Assembly (NCBI GenBank): GCA_045604565.1
Contig: JAZUOF010000076.1
Location: 152-64,151 of the forward strand
Direction of reading: 5' to 3'
Source of the DNA: Faecousia sp.
Lineage (GTDB): Bacteria > Bacillota > Clostridia > Oscillospirales > Oscillospiraceae
Length of the DNA: 64,000 nt
Below the pieces are notes generated by a model, which saw only the letters and a list, made by a program, of their open reading frames with translations, did no database searches and had not been told where the DNA came from. How positions within the stretch are numbered: the stretch's first letter is position 1; the number at the start of each line of letters is the position of its first letter. Below, in pieces: positions 41,113-51,235 of this stretch. The position numbers were made by a program, and so were the translations under genes.

Positions 41113-42156
41113 ATGACGGAAAAGAGTTTTTCTGAGAGCTATGCCGCGGCAGGCGTAGATATTACAGCGGGTTATAAATCTGTTGAATTAATGAAAAAGC
41201 ATATCAATCGTACAAAAAATGCAGAATGTCTGGATGATGTTGGCGGGTTTGGCGGTTGTTTCGGACTCGATCTGACCGGTATTTCTCAGCCGGTGTTGGT
41301 TTCCGGAACGGACGGCGTGGGCACAAAGCTGAAAATTGCCATGCTGCTTGACAAGCACGATACAATTGGCATTGACTGCGTGGCAATGTGCGCCAATGAT
41401 ATTATTTGCTGTGGAGCGAAGCCCCTGTTTTTCCTGGATTATATTGCCTGCGGCAAGAATTTCCCGGAAAAGATTGCAGAGATTGTTGGCGGCGTTGCCG
41501 AAGGATGCGTTCGCGCCGGCTGTGCGTTAATTGGCGGAGAAACTGCAGAGCATCCTGGCATGATGCCGGAAGAGGACTATGATTTGGCGGGATATTGCAC
41601 CGGCGTTGTGGATAAGTCCAGAATCATTGACAACCAAAAAATGAAGGAAGGCGACGTGGTAATTGCCTTAGCTTCATCCGGTGTTCATTCCAACGGATTT
41701 TCCCTTGTACGTAAGGTTTTTGACATTGAAAATGCCAATCTCAACGAACCGGTGGATGCATTAAACGGAAGAACGCTGGGCGAGGCACTGCTGGAACCTA
41801 CGAAAATTTATGTGAAATCTGTTCTTGCGCTTTTGGAGCAGGTTACAGTAAAGGGAATTTCTCATATTACCGGCGGCGGTTTCTATGAAAACATACCGCG
41901 CAGTATTCCTGACGGTCTTGGCGCAGAAATTGACAGAAGCGCCGTAAAGGTTTTGCCTATCTTTGATCTGATTGCAAAGACCGGCAACATTTCTGAACGG
42001 GATATGTTTAACACCTTTAATATGGGCGTGGGAATGAGCATTGTGGTTTCGGAATCGGATGCCGACAGAGCGCTGAATATTTTAGAAGCACAAGGCGAGG
42101 ATGCCTATCGGATAGGAAAGATTATTTCCTCCGAAGATAAAATTGTATTCTGTTGA
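41113..42156 (+). CDS. purM: Phosphoribosylformylglycinamidine cyclo-ligase (AIR synthetase)
   Basis: [44 protein letters not shown]; ATG 41113 after AAGGAG. Confidence 0.96.
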   Translation: MTEKSFSESYAAAGVDITAGYKSVELMKKHINRTKNAECLDDVGGFGGCFGLDLTGISQPVLVSGTDGVGTKLKIAMLLDKHDTIGIDCVAMCANDIICCGAKPLFFLDYIACGKNFPEKIAEIVGGVAEGCVRAGCALIGGETAEHPGMMPEEDYDLAGYCTGVVDKSRIIDNQKMKEGDVVIALASSGVHSNGFSLVRKVFDIENANLNEPVDALNGRTLGEALLEPTKIYVKSVLALLEQVTVKGISHITGGGFYENIPRSIPDGLGAEIDRSAVKVLPIFDLIAKTGNISERDMFNTFNMGVGMSIVVSESDADRALNILEAQGEDAYRIGKIISSEDKIVFC

Positions 42157-42176
42157 TTGTAACGGGAGGGAGAAAT

Positions 42177-42809
42177 ATGGAGAAGGCACGGATTGCGGTA
42201 TTGGTTTCCGGCGGCGGCACGAATCTGCAGGCTTTGATTGATGCACAGCGCACCAACGGGATTGCCAGCGGAGAAATATGCCTTGTAATCTCCAATAATC
42301 CTTCAGCTTATGCGCTGGAACGCGCTGCAAAGGCACAGATCCCCACTGAGATCATTACAAGGAAAGGTGCCGGATCGCAAGCTGCATTTGAGGAGAACAT
42401 CAAAAAACAGCTTGCAAATTACAATATTGATCTGATTGTTCTTGCAGGTTTTATGTCCATTCTCAGTGAAGAATTTACCAAGGAATATCCGGAGCGCATA
42501 TTGAATGTACATCCCTCCTTGATTCCGTCATTTTGCGGAAAAGGATACTATGGCCTGCGTGTTCACGAGGAAGCACTTCGTTATGGCGTAAAAGTTACAG
42601 GAGCAACGGTCCATTTTGTTAACGAAATTCCCGATGGCGGCAAAATTCTTTTACAGAAAGCTGTTCAGATTCGGGAAGATGATACTCCGGAGCTCCTTCA
42701 ACGCAGGGTAATGGAAGAGGCTGAGTGGATAATTTTACCTGCGGCAGTCGAAATGGTTAGTAATAAAATATTGACAGATAGAAAGGAAAAACCCAATGAA
42801 CGTTTATGA
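42177..42809 (+). CDS. purN: Phosphoribosylglycinamide formyltransferase
   Basis: LVSGGGTNLQA, LAGFM, NVHPSL, GATVHFV, DGG. Confidence 0.96.
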   Translation: MEKARIAVLVSGGGTNLQALIDAQRTNGIASGEICLVISNNPSAYALERAAKAQIPTEIITRKGAGSQAAFEENIKKQLANYNIDLIVLAGFMSILSEEFTKEYPERILNVHPSLIPSFCGKGYYGLRVHEEALRYGVKVTGATVHFVNEIPDGGKILLQKAVQIREDDTPELLQRRVMEEAEWIILPAAVEMVSNKILTDRKEKPNERL

Positions 42810-43509
42810 AATCGGATCCTTGCAGAACAAGCTTTCTGACAACACCTATCCCGGCCGTGGTATTGTACTGGGTGTTTCGGCTGATGGTAAACATAGTGTT
42901 GCGGCCTATTTTATTATGGGACGCAGTGTGAACAGCCGTAATCGGGTTTTCCTGGAAGAACCTGACGGCATTCGTACAGAAGCTTACGATCCCAGCAAAA
43001 TGGTAGATCCAAGTCTGATTATTTATCATCCTGTCCGCGAAGCTGGATGTGGCTTGATTGTTACGAACGGCGATCAGACGGATACAATTTGGGAATTCCT
43101 TTCCAAAGGTGAGAGCTGGGAGGCGGCCTTGCGCACCCGGAAATTTGAACATGATGGCCCAAACTGGACACCGAGAATTTCCGGATTGGTTGCCGGGGAC
43201 GGTAGCTACAAAATGTCCATCTTGAAGTCTGCGGATGAGCAGGGAAGCGCCTGCGCTCGTTTCTTCTATGAATATCCCCCAATTGCAGGTCTGGGGCACT
43301 TCCTGCATACCTATGTATGCGATGGCAACCCGGTAATTCCCACGTTCCAGGGAGAGCCTGAGCGCGTAGAAATTTGTGCTGACATTGATGCTTTTACCGC
43401 GATGCTCTGGGAAAATCTTAACGACGATAACAAAATTTCTTTGTTTGTTCGTTATACGGATCTCACCACAGGCAAATATGAGCAGCGTATCTTAAATAAA
43501 CATAACTGA
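42796..43509 (+). CDS. Stand-alone IMP cyclohydrolase (PurO-like)
   Basis: YPGRGI, YFIMGRS..SRNR, IVTNGDQT, TPRISG motifs; position between purN and AICAR transformylase. Confidence 0.85.
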   Translation: MNVYEIGSLQNKLSDNTYPGRGIVLGVSADGKHSVAAYFIMGRSVNSRNRVFLEEPDGIRTEAYDPSKMVDPSLIIYHPVREAGCGLIVTNGDQTDTIWEFLSKGESWEAALRTRKFEHDGPNWTPRISGLVAGDGSYKMSILKSADEQGSACARFFYEYPPIAGLGHFLHTYVCDGNPVIPTFQGEPERVEICADIDAFTAMLWENLNDDNKISLFVRYTDLTTGKYEQRILNKHN

Positions 43510-43521
43510 GGGAGAATAGAG

Positions 43522-44706
43522 ATGAAAGAATTTGCCTTAAAATACGGTTGCAACCCTAATCAGAAGCCTTCCAGCATTTATATGCATGATGGAAGCGACC
43601 TTCCTATTACGATTCTGAACGGACGTCCCGGATACATTAACTTTCTGGATGCGTTGAACTCCTGGCAGCTTGTCAAGGAATTAAAAGAGGCCACCGGTAT
43701 GTGCGCGGTGACTTCCTTCAAGCACGTTTCTCCAACTTCCGCAGCTGTTGGCAAGATTTTGCCGGAAGACCTGAAAAAGGCTTGTTTTGTGGACGACATC
43801 CCTGAACTGGACGATAGTCTGCTTGCCTGCGCTTATGCCCGGGCTCGGGGTACTGATCGTATGTGCTCTTTTGGCGATTGGGTTGCGCTGTCTGATGTGT
43901 GCGATGTGACAACCGCGAAACTGGTTGCCCGGGAAGTATCCGATGGCATTATTGCCCCAGGATATACCGAAGAAGCCTTGGAAATTCTGCGCACAAAGCG
44001 TAAGGGCGGATACAATATTGTGGCCATTGATCCTAACTATGTACCCGATGAAGCAGAACATAAGCAGGTTTACGGAATTACCTTCCGTCAGGGCAGAAAC
44101 AACTTCAAAATTGATGCCGACCTGTTGGAAAATATTGTTACGGAGAATAAAGATTTGCCTGAAAGCGCAAAAATTGACCTGATTGTTGCGCTGATTACTT
44201 TGAAGTACACGCAGTCGAATTCCGTTTGCTTTGCTGTAGACGGCCAGGCCATCGGCGTTGGCGCAGGACAGCAATCCCGTATTCACTGTACGCGTCTGGC
44301 AGGAACAAAGGCGGATACATGGTTCCTGCGTCAGCATCCTAAGACGCTTGCGCTTCCGTTCCGGGATGATCTTGGCCGCCCCAACCGGGATAACGTAATT
44401 GACGGCTACATAAACGGTAATGAAGAAGATGTCTGCGCCGACGGTATCTGGCAAAACTATTTTACAAGCCAGCCGGAACGCCTGACGGAAGAAGAAAAGA
44501 AAGCTTTTTTGTCTACCCGTCAGAATGTTGCCCTTGGTTCGGACGCATTTTTCCCCTTCAGCGACAATATTAAGCGCGCAGCAGCATCCGGTGTCAAGTA
44601 TATTGCTGAGCCCGGCGGTTCTATCCGGGACGATTTGGTGATTGCTGAGTGTAACAAAAACGAAATGGTAATGGCGTTTACCGGCATGCGCCTGTTCCAT
44701 CATTGA
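43522..44706 (+). CDS. purH: AICAR transformylase (PurH C-terminal domain only)
   Basis: LKYGCNPNQ, SFKHVSP, KYTQSNS, GAGQQSRIHC, SDAFFPF, PGGSIRD, RLFHH; no IMPCH/MGS domain. Confidence 0.9.
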   Translation: MKEFALKYGCNPNQKPSSIYMHDGSDLPITILNGRPGYINFLDALNSWQLVKELKEATGMCAVTSFKHVSPTSAAVGKILPEDLKKACFVDDIPELDDSLLACAYARARGTDRMCSFGDWVALSDVCDVTTAKLVAREVSDGIIAPGYTEEALEILRTKRKGGYNIVAIDPNYVPDEAEHKQVYGITFRQGRNNFKIDADLLENIVTENKDLPESAKIDLIVALITLKYTQSNSVCFAVDGQAIGVGAGQQSRIHCTRLAGTKADTWFLRQHPKTLALPFRDDLGRPNRDNVIDGYINGNEEDVCADGIWQNYFTSQPERLTEEEKKAFLSTRQNVALGSDAFFPFSDNIKRAAASGVKYIAEPGGSIRDDLVIAECNKNEMVMAFTGMRLFHH

Positions 44707-44719
44707 TTTGGAGTCGTTT

Positions 44720-45988
44720 ATGAAGATTATGGTTGTTGGTGGCGGTGGCAGAGAACACGCCATCATTCGCAAACTTCGCGAAAATCCTGCTGTGACTGAG
44801 ATTTATGCGCTTCCCGGAAACGGCGGAATTGCCGCCGACGCGACCTGTGTGGATATTCAGGCAAAGGATATTCCCGGTATTGTAAGATTTGCCTGTGAGC
44901 AGAGGATTGACTATGCTGTCATTGCGCCGGATGACCCACTGGTGCTCGGCGCTGTGGATGCGCTGGAGGAGAAGGGGATTGCTTGCTTCGGACCTCGCGC
45001 AAATGCCGCGATTATTGAAGGAAGCAAGGTTTTTGCCAAGGAATTAATGAAAAAATATGCAATTCCAACTGCCGCATACGAGGTGTTTACAGATATGGAC
45101 AGCGCCGTTGCCTATCTGCAGACCGCACCTGTTCCAACTGTGATTAAGGCTGACGGACTTGCGCTGGGCAAGGGCGTGGTGATTGCCAACACCCGTCAGG
45201 AAGCGGTTGATGCGGTTCGCTCCATGATGGCCGATAAGATTTTCGGGAAAAGCGGAGACCGGATTGTCATTGAAGAATTCCTGACAGGGCCTGAGGTGTC
45301 TGTGCTTGCCTTTACAGACGGCGAAACCATTGTTCCTATGATTTCCTCCATGGATCATAAACGGGCAGGGGAGGCAGACACAGGGCTTAATACCGGCGGT
45401 ATGGGTACGGTTGCTCCCAATCCCTATTATACAGATGCCGTGGCGTGGACCTGTATGGAAAAGATCTTTATGCCAACTGTCCGCGCTATGAATTTGGAAG
45501 GACGTACATTTAAAGGATGCCTGTATTTTGGCTTGATGATTACTCCGGACGGCCCGAAGGTGATTGAGTATAACTGCCGTTTTGGTGACCCGGAGACGCA
45601 GGTTGTTTTGCCACTTTTGAAAAGTGATCTCCTGACGGTTATGCAGGCAGTTACGAATGGCACTTTAAAGGATACTCCTGTTGTATTTTCTGACGAACAT
45701 GCCTGTTGTGTGATTATGGCTTCCAAAGGGTATCCCGCTGCCTATGAAAAGGGTTATCCTATCGCAATTCCCGAGGATATTGGCAAGAATGTGTATGTCG
45801 CCGGCGCTTCTAACCGGGATAATACACTTTACACTTCCGGCGGCCGTGTTTTGGGCGTAACCGCAAAGGCACAGACATTGGATCAGGCCATTGACCGCGC
45901 ATATGATATGGTCCATTCCATACATTTTGATAATGCATACTACAGACGGGATATCGGCCTGAGAGCTTTACAGGCCGGGAGGAACTGA
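44720..45988 (+). CDS. purD: Phosphoribosylamine-glycine ligase
   Basis: GGGGREHA, PGNGG, KADGLALGKGV, NTGGMG, EYNCRFGDPE, GGRV. Confidence 0.97.
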   Translation: MKIMVVGGGGREHAIIRKLRENPAVTEIYALPGNGGIAADATCVDIQAKDIPGIVRFACEQRIDYAVIAPDDPLVLGAVDALEEKGIACFGPRANAAIIEGSKVFAKELMKKYAIPTAAYEVFTDMDSAVAYLQTAPVPTVIKADGLALGKGVVIANTRQEAVDAVRSMMADKIFGKSGDRIVIEEFLTGPEVSVLAFTDGETIVPMISSMDHKRAGEADTGLNTGGMGTVAPNPYYTDAVAWTCMEKIFMPTVRAMNLEGRTFKGCLYFGLMITPDGPKVIEYNCRFGDPETQVVLPLLKSDLLTVMQAVTNGTLKDTPVVFSDEHACCVIMASKGYPAAYEKGYPIAIPEDIGKNVYVAGASNRDNTLYTSGGRVLGVTAKAQTLDQAIDRAYDMVHSIHFDNAYYRRDIGLRALQAGRN

Positions 45989-45990
45989 GA

Positions 45991-48900
45991 ATGGTATACA
46001 GAGTATATGTAGAGAAAAAATCCGGCCTGGATAATGAGGCCAAAGCGCTTCTGCAGGAAGCAAAAAACCTTCTGGGAATTTCCCGATTGGAAGATGTGCG
46101 CTTGTTTAACTGCTATGATGCAGAAGACATTGATGAATCGTTATTTTCCTATGCTGTCAACACAGTTTTTGCGGAACCTCAGGTGGATAACATCAGTTTC
46201 CACCTCCCGGTTTCTGATGCAGTAGTGTTTGCGGTGGAATACTTACCCGGACAGTTTGATCAGCGCGCGGATTCTGCGGCGCAATGCATCCAAATTATTT
46301 CCCAGTCGAATCGTCCATTGATACATTCCGCTAAGGTATATGCACTGTATGGTTCCCTGACGGAGGAGGACATTGCGGCAATTAAAAAGCACGTTATAAA
46401 TCCTGTGGAAGCACGGGAAGCATCGCTGGAAAAACCCAAGACACTTCGTCTGAACTATGAAATTCCCACAAAAGTTAAGACACTTAATGGATTTGTTTCT
46501 CTTGACGAATCAGGACTTGCCAACTTTGTTAAGGAATACGGACTGGCAATGGATGAGGCGGATATCGCTTTTTGTCAGGCGTATTTTCGGGAGGAAAACC
46601 GGGATCCCACTATCACAGAAATTCGTATGATTGATACTTACTGGTCTGACCATTGCCGGCATACCACCTTCAATACTACGATTGACCGGATTCAGTTTGC
46701 GGATCCGCTTTTGCAAAACGCATATGAAGACTATCTGGAAACCCGTAATGTCCTTGGGCGGACAAAGCCTGTTAATTTGATGGATATTGGTACACTTGCG
46801 GGAAAATATCTCCATAAAAACGGGTATTTAGACAAACTGTATGAGTCGGAGGAAATCAACGCCTGCACGGTTCGCATGACCGTCACCGTTGACGGGGAAG
46901 AACAACCGTGGCTTCTGTTATTCAAAAATGAGACCCATAATCATCCCACCGAGATCGAACCGTTTGGCGGTGCGGCAACGTGTATTGGCGGCGCGATCCG
47001 GGATCCCTTGGCCAGCCGTGCTTATGTTTACGCAGCAATGCGTGTCACCGGTGCGGCAGATCCGTTAATACCCGTCCAGGAAACGTTACGCGGAAAACTT
47101 CCGCAACGCAAAATTGTGACAACTGCTGCGGCAGGCTACTCTTCCTATGGCAATCAAATTGGCTTGGCGACAGGCATTGTGGATGAAATCTATCATCCAG
47201 GCTATGCGGCCAAACGTATGGAAATCGGCGCTGTCATTGGCGCGGTGCATGAAGAACACTCGAAGCCTGATTTCCCGGCCCCCGGTGACAAGGTCATTCT
47301 GCTGGGCGGCAGGACAGGCCGTGACGGCTGCGGCGGCGCAACCGGTTCTTCTAAGAGTCATACCGTAGAATCCCTGGGCACCTGCGGCGCAGAAGTTCAG
47401 AAGGGTAATGCTCCGGAAGAACGAAAGCTTCAGCGCCTGTTCCGGAACGCAGAAGCGGCGGTTATGATTAAACGTTGCAATGACTTTGGCGCGGGCGGCG
47501 TGTCTGTTGCTATTGGCGAGCTTGCGGACGGTTTGGAGATTGACTTAAATAAAGTCCCCAAAAAGTATGATGGCTTGGATGGCACGGAGTTGGCTATTTC
47601 TGAATCTCAGGAACGGATGGCTATTGTAGTTGCGCAGGAGAATGTTTCCCGTTTTCTGGAGCTGTCTGAACAGGAGAACCTGGAAGCTACCGTAGTGGCT
47701 ACGGTCACTGAAGCGCCCCGTCTGAAAATGTTCTGGAACGACCAGATTATTTGCGATATCAGCCGCGACTTCCTGAATTCCAATGGCGCTGAAAAACATA
47801 TTGAAGTAAATGTTTCTGCTCCGAATGATTTTGCGCCTGTGATTACCGGTACTTTTACTGAGAATATGCACCGGGTTGCTTCCGACCTGAATACCTGCTC
47901 CAAGCGCGGCTTATCAGAACGTTTTGACTCCACTATTGGCGCGGGCACCGTGCTTATGCCCTTTGGCGGTATGCATCAGCAGACACCTATTCAGGCAATG
48001 GTACATAAAATCAGTCTGGAAAAGGGACATACCGATGATTGTTCGGTTATGAGCTGGGGCTACAACCCGTTTATCACAGAAAAAAGTCCTTACCACGGCG
48101 CATATCTTGCTGTGGTGGAATCTGTAGCAAAACTGATTGCCACAGGTGCCAAATTTGAGGATGTTTACCTGACGTTCCAGGAATACTTCCCGCGTGTTGG
48201 GAAGGATTCCAATCGTTGGGGACAGCCGACGGCGGCGCTTCTTGGTGCTTTTAAGGCGCAGATGGATTTGAAGATCGCTGCTATTGGCGGTAAAGATTCC
48301 ATGTCCGGCACATTTGAAGATTTAGATGTTCCGCCCACATTGGTTTCCTTTGCAGTAACTACGGATAAGACTGCGTACATTATATCCAACGAGTTCAAAA
48401 AAGCCGGCAGCAAGGTTGTGTGCATTTGCCCGGACTATGATGAAAACGGTCTGCCAGTAACAGAATCTCTCGTAAATGTCTTTAATCGCGTTACCGATTT
48501 GATGCGGCAAGGCAAGGTGCTTTCCTGTTATACGCCCGGAATGGGTGGTATCGGTGAGGCTGTGATGAAGATGTGCTTTGGCAACGGACTCGGCTTTACT
48601 TTTGCTTCCGATATTTCCGTTACGGACATTTTTACCTATCGGTATGGCTCGTTCCTGCTGGAAGTAAATGCAGAAGTGGACGAGAGGCAGGTAGGCACGG
48701 TTTCTGACTGCCCAATGATTACCTTTGGTAAGGAATGTATCGGTCTTTGCGACCTGCAAAAGGTATATGAAGATAAGCTGGAGCCGGTATACAGCTGCAA
48801 CATTCCGGACGCGATTGTTCCCATCGAAACCGTATCTGCTCCTGCGAAGCAACGCGTAGCTCCTGCGGTGAAAATGGCAAGACCCAAGGTTTTGATTCCG

Positions 48901-49677
48901 GTGTTCCCGGGTACAAACTGCGAGTATGATTCTGCCCGCGCGGTATCTGACGCGGGAGCGGAGCCTGAGATATTTGTTGTTCGCAATCTTTCGGCGGACG
49001 CCATTTCCAGAAGTGTAGAAGAGTTTGCGCAAAAGATTGATAACAGTCAGGTTATATTTATTCCCGGAGGATTCTCCGGTGGTGATGAACCTGATGGCTC
49101 GGGTAAGTTCATCACGGCATTTTTCCGCAATGAAGCAATTAAAGAAGCGGTTACTAAGCTTCTGGACATCCGGGATGGACTGATGTGTGGTATCTGCAAC
49201 GGCTTCCAGGCCCTTGTGAAGCTTGGACTCGTTCCTTACGGCCGCATTGTGGATACAGATGAAAACTGCCCCACCTTAACGTTTAACACCATAGGACGCC
49301 ACCAGAGCCGCATTGTGCGCACTCGGGTTGCCAGCAATAATTCTCCGTGGCTTGCGCTGACCAATGTGGGAGATGTCTACAATGTTGCTATTTCCCATGG
49401 TGAGGGAAGATTCCACGCTTCGGAAGACCTTGTCCGCCAGTTGATTTCCAACGGCCAGGTTGCCACGCAATATGTAGATCTGAATGGCAACGCAACTGCT
49501 GATGTTCATTTTAATCCCAACGGGTCCATTTTCGCCATTGAGGGTATCACCTCACCGGATGGAAGAATTTTTGGCAAAATGGGTCACAGCGAGCGAATTG
49601 GAGCAGGTATGTACAAGAATGTACCGGGCAACTATGATATTCGGATGTTTGAGGCCGCTGTTAAATATTTTAAGTAA
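45991..49677 (+). CDS. purL: Phosphoribosylformylglycinamidine synthase (large fused form with glutaminase domain)
   Basis: WSDHCRH, ETHNHPT, DFGAGG, SESQERM, GGKDSMS, FPGTNC, GGFSGGD, GICNGFQ, MGHSER. Confidence 0.96.
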   Translation: MVYRVYVEKKSGLDNEAKALLQEAKNLLGISRLEDVRLFNCYDAEDIDESLFSYAVNTVFAEPQVDNISFHLPVSDAVVFAVEYLPGQFDQRADSAAQCIQIISQSNRPLIHSAKVYALYGSLTEEDIAAIKKHVINPVEAREASLEKPKTLRLNYEIPTKVKTLNGFVSLDESGLANFVKEYGLAMDEADIAFCQAYFREENRDPTITEIRMIDTYWSDHCRHTTFNTTIDRIQFADPLLQNAYEDYLETRNVLGRTKPVNLMDIGTLAGKYLHKNGYLDKLYESEEINACTVRMTVTVDGEEQPWLLLFKNETHNHPTEIEPFGGAATCIGGAIRDPLASRAYVYAAMRVTGAADPLIPVQETLRGKLPQRKIVTTAAAGYSSYGNQIGLATGIVDEIYHPGYAAKRMEIGAVIGAVHEEHSKPDFPAPGDKVILLGGRTGRDGCGGATGSSKSHTVESLGTCGAEVQKGNAPEERKLQRLFRNAEAAVMIKRCNDFGAGGVSVAIGELADGLEIDLNKVPKKYDGLDGTELAISESQERMAIVVAQENVSRFLELSEQENLEATVVATVTEAPRLKMFWNDQIICDISRDFLNSNGAEKHIEVNVSAPNDFAPVITGTFTENMHRVASDLNTCSKRGLSERFDSTIGAGTVLMPFGGMHQQTPIQAMVHKISLEKGHTDDCSVMSWGYNPFITEKSPYHGAYLAVVESVAKLIATGAKFEDVYLTFQEYFPRVGKDSNRWGQPTAALLGAFKAQMDLKIAAIGGKDSMSGTFEDLDVPPTLVSFAVTTDKTAYIISNEFKKAGSKVVCICPDYDENGLPVTESLVNVFNRVTDLMRQGKVLSCYTPGMGGIGEAVMKMCFGNGLGFTFASDISVTDIFTYRYGSFLLEVNAEVDERQVGTVSDCPMITFGKECIGLCDLQKVYEDKLEPVYSCNIPDAIVPIETVSAPAKQRVAPAVKMARPKVLIPVFPGTNCEYDSARAVSDAGAEPEIFVVRNLSADAISRSVEEFAQKIDNSQVIFIPGGFSGGDEPDGSGKFITAFFRNEAIKEAVTKLLDIRDGLMCGICNGFQALVKLGLVPYGRIVDTDENCPTLTFNTIGRHQSRIVRTRVASNNSPWLALTNVGDVYNVAISHGEGRFHASEDLVRQLISNGQVATQYVDLNGNATADVHFNPNGSIFAIEGITSPDGRIFGKMGHSERIGAGMYKNVPGNYDIRMFEAAVKYFK

Positions 49678-49707
49678 GTGACAGCAAAGTAGAAGTTAAC
49701 ATCTATC

Positions 49708-49750
49708 CAAAAAAGAAGGACTATGACAATTTGTGTCATAGTCCTTCTTG
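49708..49750. terminator. Terminator at end of pur operon
   Basis: AAGAAGGACTATGACA-atttg-TGTCATAGTCCTTCTT perfect 16-bp stem. Confidence 0.85.
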
Positions 49751-49906
49751 GTTATATTGTAAGGATATAGCGTTAGTCGTTACTCTTAAATACGTCAGCA
49801 ACTTCACGGATTGTAACAATGAGATACCTTGCTTTTTTAATCCAAATAGGAAACGCGGCACGTTTAAAATTAAGAGACAGATTCAAGGCCGTTTTGTGGA
49901 ACAAGG

Positions 49907-49940
49907 AAAAAACCGCCGCTTGATTTGCATCAAGCGCCGG
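49907..49940 (-). terminator. Terminator next to the displaced tmRNA 3' fragment (probably the original ssrA terminator)
   Basis: Minus strand CCGGCGCTTGAT-gcaa-ATCAAGCGGCGG-TTTTTT immediately after the att-like relic. Confidence 0.65.
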
Positions 49941-49941
49941 C

Positions 49942-49959
49942 CTGGAATAGTGGAGCCGA
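49942..49959. repeat. att-like relic of tmRNA 3' end (distal)
   Basis: GTGGAGCCGA at 49950-49959 identical to 53162-53171; CTGGAATAGTGGAGCCGA matches 51778-51795 at 16/18. Confidence 0.65.
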
Positions 49960-50000
49960 AGGTCAACCAGTTCTGACCACTAAAATATCAAAGGATACAT

Positions 50001-51086
50001 TTATTCGTTTCGTTGGGATACGGGGTTGCTCTCATGAGAAGTATCAACACACTCAATCCCCTCGAAATCAAATATGTATGAGAATGTGTTGATAGAGTGA
50101 AAACATCGTGGGCATCGCACCTTATTGTATGCAAACTGTTGGATATGTTTTTCTTTTTCCAATTTCTTGCCGCATCTGGTGCATATAATTGGAATATCAA
50201 CACCGATTAAATCCAAAGCATCTCTTAATGAGATGGATTCCGTCGCCTTGAAACTTTTCAGCATCAAATTATATTTGTTCATTATTTTTGTGTAGTCATT
50301 CATTCCTGCAATATCAGCAAAGAAATCCATTATTATGTTGGAAGTATAGAACAATAGATATGGGAGAGCGGTGTAATACAAACCAATGCCACTTTTAAAT
50401 TCATCTCCATCCATAAAGACAAAGTTTAAACCTGATGGCGATGTCTTAAATGATTTGCTTCGATTGACAACCATGTGATTTGCACCATTCAAAATGCCAT
50501 TAATTGAATACTCATATTCCTTACTATATCTAAATTCATAGATGTTCATTTCGTTGGGGAGTATGGTTGTTTTACCCGTGAGTTTTGCGATGTTTTCTTT
50601 GATAGTTGTATATTTATGACGAGATATAGCATATTCTTTTGCTTCATCACTTTCAAGCATTAGCATTAAAAGTTCATTAGCATCGACTGCCAGCCATTCA
50701 ATATATGCCAGTGTTTCTTGCAAAGGTTTTCTTAATAATGCCCATGCGACAGAAACATTGGGTTTGATTATGTTTTCTAATGATGCAAAGTAATAATTAT
50801 AAAAATCTCGCAACAAAGAAAAGAATAAGTGTTTCTTGTGATACTCCAAAAGTTCTTCTCTGTAATCACTATCAAGCAACCATTCAGTTAACTTTTCTTT
50901 TTCTCCGGTATCGGCAATTGCTTGGAATGCATGAAAATCAGCTTCACTTTTGAAATTGATTTTTACATTTGAGAGCTTTTCTGAATCTGCATAATGCAGT
51001 ATAGCAACAAGTACATTTTCAAAATAGACAAGGAAATCGTATGCAGCAGCATGCTCTTTTGGAATAAATGGTGCTCTCTTCTTCAA
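50001..51086 (-). CDS. AT-rich hypothetical protein, HEPN-like helical domain with C-terminal Zn finger
   Basis: TTG start after AGGAGTGA; AWALLRKPLQE and ILNGANH motifs; CTRC-x17-CPRC. Confidence 0.7.
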   Translation of the reverse strand: MKKRAPFIPKEHAAAYDFLVYFENVLVAILHYADSEKLSNVKINFKSEADFHAFQAIADTGEKEKLTEWLLDSDYREELLEYHKKHLFFSLLRDFYNYYFASLENIIKPNVSVAWALLRKPLQETLAYIEWLAVDANELLMLMLESDEAKEYAISRHKYTTIKENIAKLTGKTTILPNEMNIYEFRYSKEYEYSINGILNGANHMVVNRSKSFKTSPSGLNFVFMDGDEFKSGIGLYYTALPYLLFYTSNIIMDFFADIAGMNDYTKIMNKYNLMLKSFKATESISLRDALDLIGVDIPIICTRCGKKLEKEKHIQQFAYNKVRCPRCFHSINTFSYIFDFEGIECVDTSHESNPVSQRNE

Positions 51087-51235
51087 ATGTCATCACTCCT
51101 GTCTGTTTTTTGTATTTTAGCATACTTTTGTGTTTATTTCAATTTGTAGCAGTAAGACATCTGATTGAGGTTCTTGAATATTTATGATTATTTGCAGTAC
51201 GATATAGACCAAAGACAAAGAGTACAACTCAGGGC

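Noticed and set aside
43681-44772. 363-aa minus-strand ORF (similarly 5770-6840, 27752-28621, 10248-11204, 48322-49032)
   Set aside because: Antisense to well-supported genes; expected from codon bias
49731-49976. 81-aa ORF after purL
   Set aside because: Spans two terminators and the att relic, no RBS, not protein-like
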